A DNA stretch of 64,000 nucleotides from Octopus bimaculoides (taxonomy: Eukaryota). The DNA lies in contig NC_068996.1 in the NCBI RefSeq assembly GCF_001194135.2, forward strand, positions 8,243,683 through 8,307,682, in the 5' to 3' direction. Shown in pieces: positions 63,584 to 64,000 of this stretch (its first letter is position 1; each line of letters opens with the position of its first letter). The position numbers were made by a program, and so were the translations under genes. Under the pieces are notes generated by a model that was not told the DNA's origin, searched no databases, and saw only the letters and a program-made list of their open reading frames with translations.

Positions 63584-64000
63584 GGAATAGAATAGATATG
63601 AAATTCGAATTAGAAAAATGTGCCAAAGCAACCCTGAAAAGAGGAAAATTAGTTAAAAGTAGCAACATCACACTAGATAAAGCCAATGAAATAAGAGAAC
63701 TAGACGAAAGCCAGCCATACAAATATTTAGGAGTCAATGAACTAGGTAGGATACAACACGCACAAATGAAAGAAAAAATAAAGAAAGAGTACTATAGACG
63801 AGTTAGATCAATACTAAAAACAGAGCTCAATGCTAAAAACAAGATAATGGGTATCAACACTTTAGCTGTCCCAGTTATAAGTTACAGCTACAATATCCTT
63901 AACTGGACACTAAACGAACTATCTAAAATAGAAAAATAAAAACAAGAAAAATAATGACAGGATATAGGATGCACCACCCAAAATCTGACAAAGAAAGGCT
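63584..64000 (+). mobile_element. R4/Dong-like non-LTR retrotransposon RT C-terminal fragment, 5'-truncated, runs off the right edge
   Basis: MKFELEKCAK...YKYLGVNE...MKEKIKKEYYRRVRSILKTELNAKNKIMGINTLAVPVISYS...WTLNEL...KTRKIMTGYRMHHPKSDKER; begins after (TTA)n. Confidence 0.85.

Overview
AT-rich, microsatellite- and repeat-dense animal genomic DNA with ten N gaps (6970-6979, 7577-8106, 18920-18929, 28968-29207, 43375-43961, 45382-46055, 48117-48126, 48925-48934, 54297-54661, 57847-58105). The SINE types and repeat texture suggest an octopus/cephalopod draft assembly (inference). The only host gene I can support is a + strand STIM (ER Ca2+ sensor) gene. Three phase-compatible exons are clear (27073-27182 SAM end, 34142-34316 TM+CC1, 59968-60031 CC1), and a 23-nt microexon candidate lies at 62746-62768. 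The rest is intronic or transposon debris: a Ty3/Gypsy remnant, Tx1/L1-like, RTE, CR1-like, R4/Dong-like and Penelope non-LTR fragments, three Tc1/mariner remnants, piggyBac-type MITEs, a non-autonomous Helitron and at least four tRNA-derived SINE families. Most notable: Penelope-type repeats carrying minimal hammerhead-ribozyme folds; a SINE subfamily whose 3' tail matches the 3' end of a Tx1/L1-like LINE in the same window; a perfect long palindrome in a STIM intron; and unusual features of the STIM CC1 region. No database searches or folding programs were run, and TE boundaries are approximate unless TSDs/TIRs are given.
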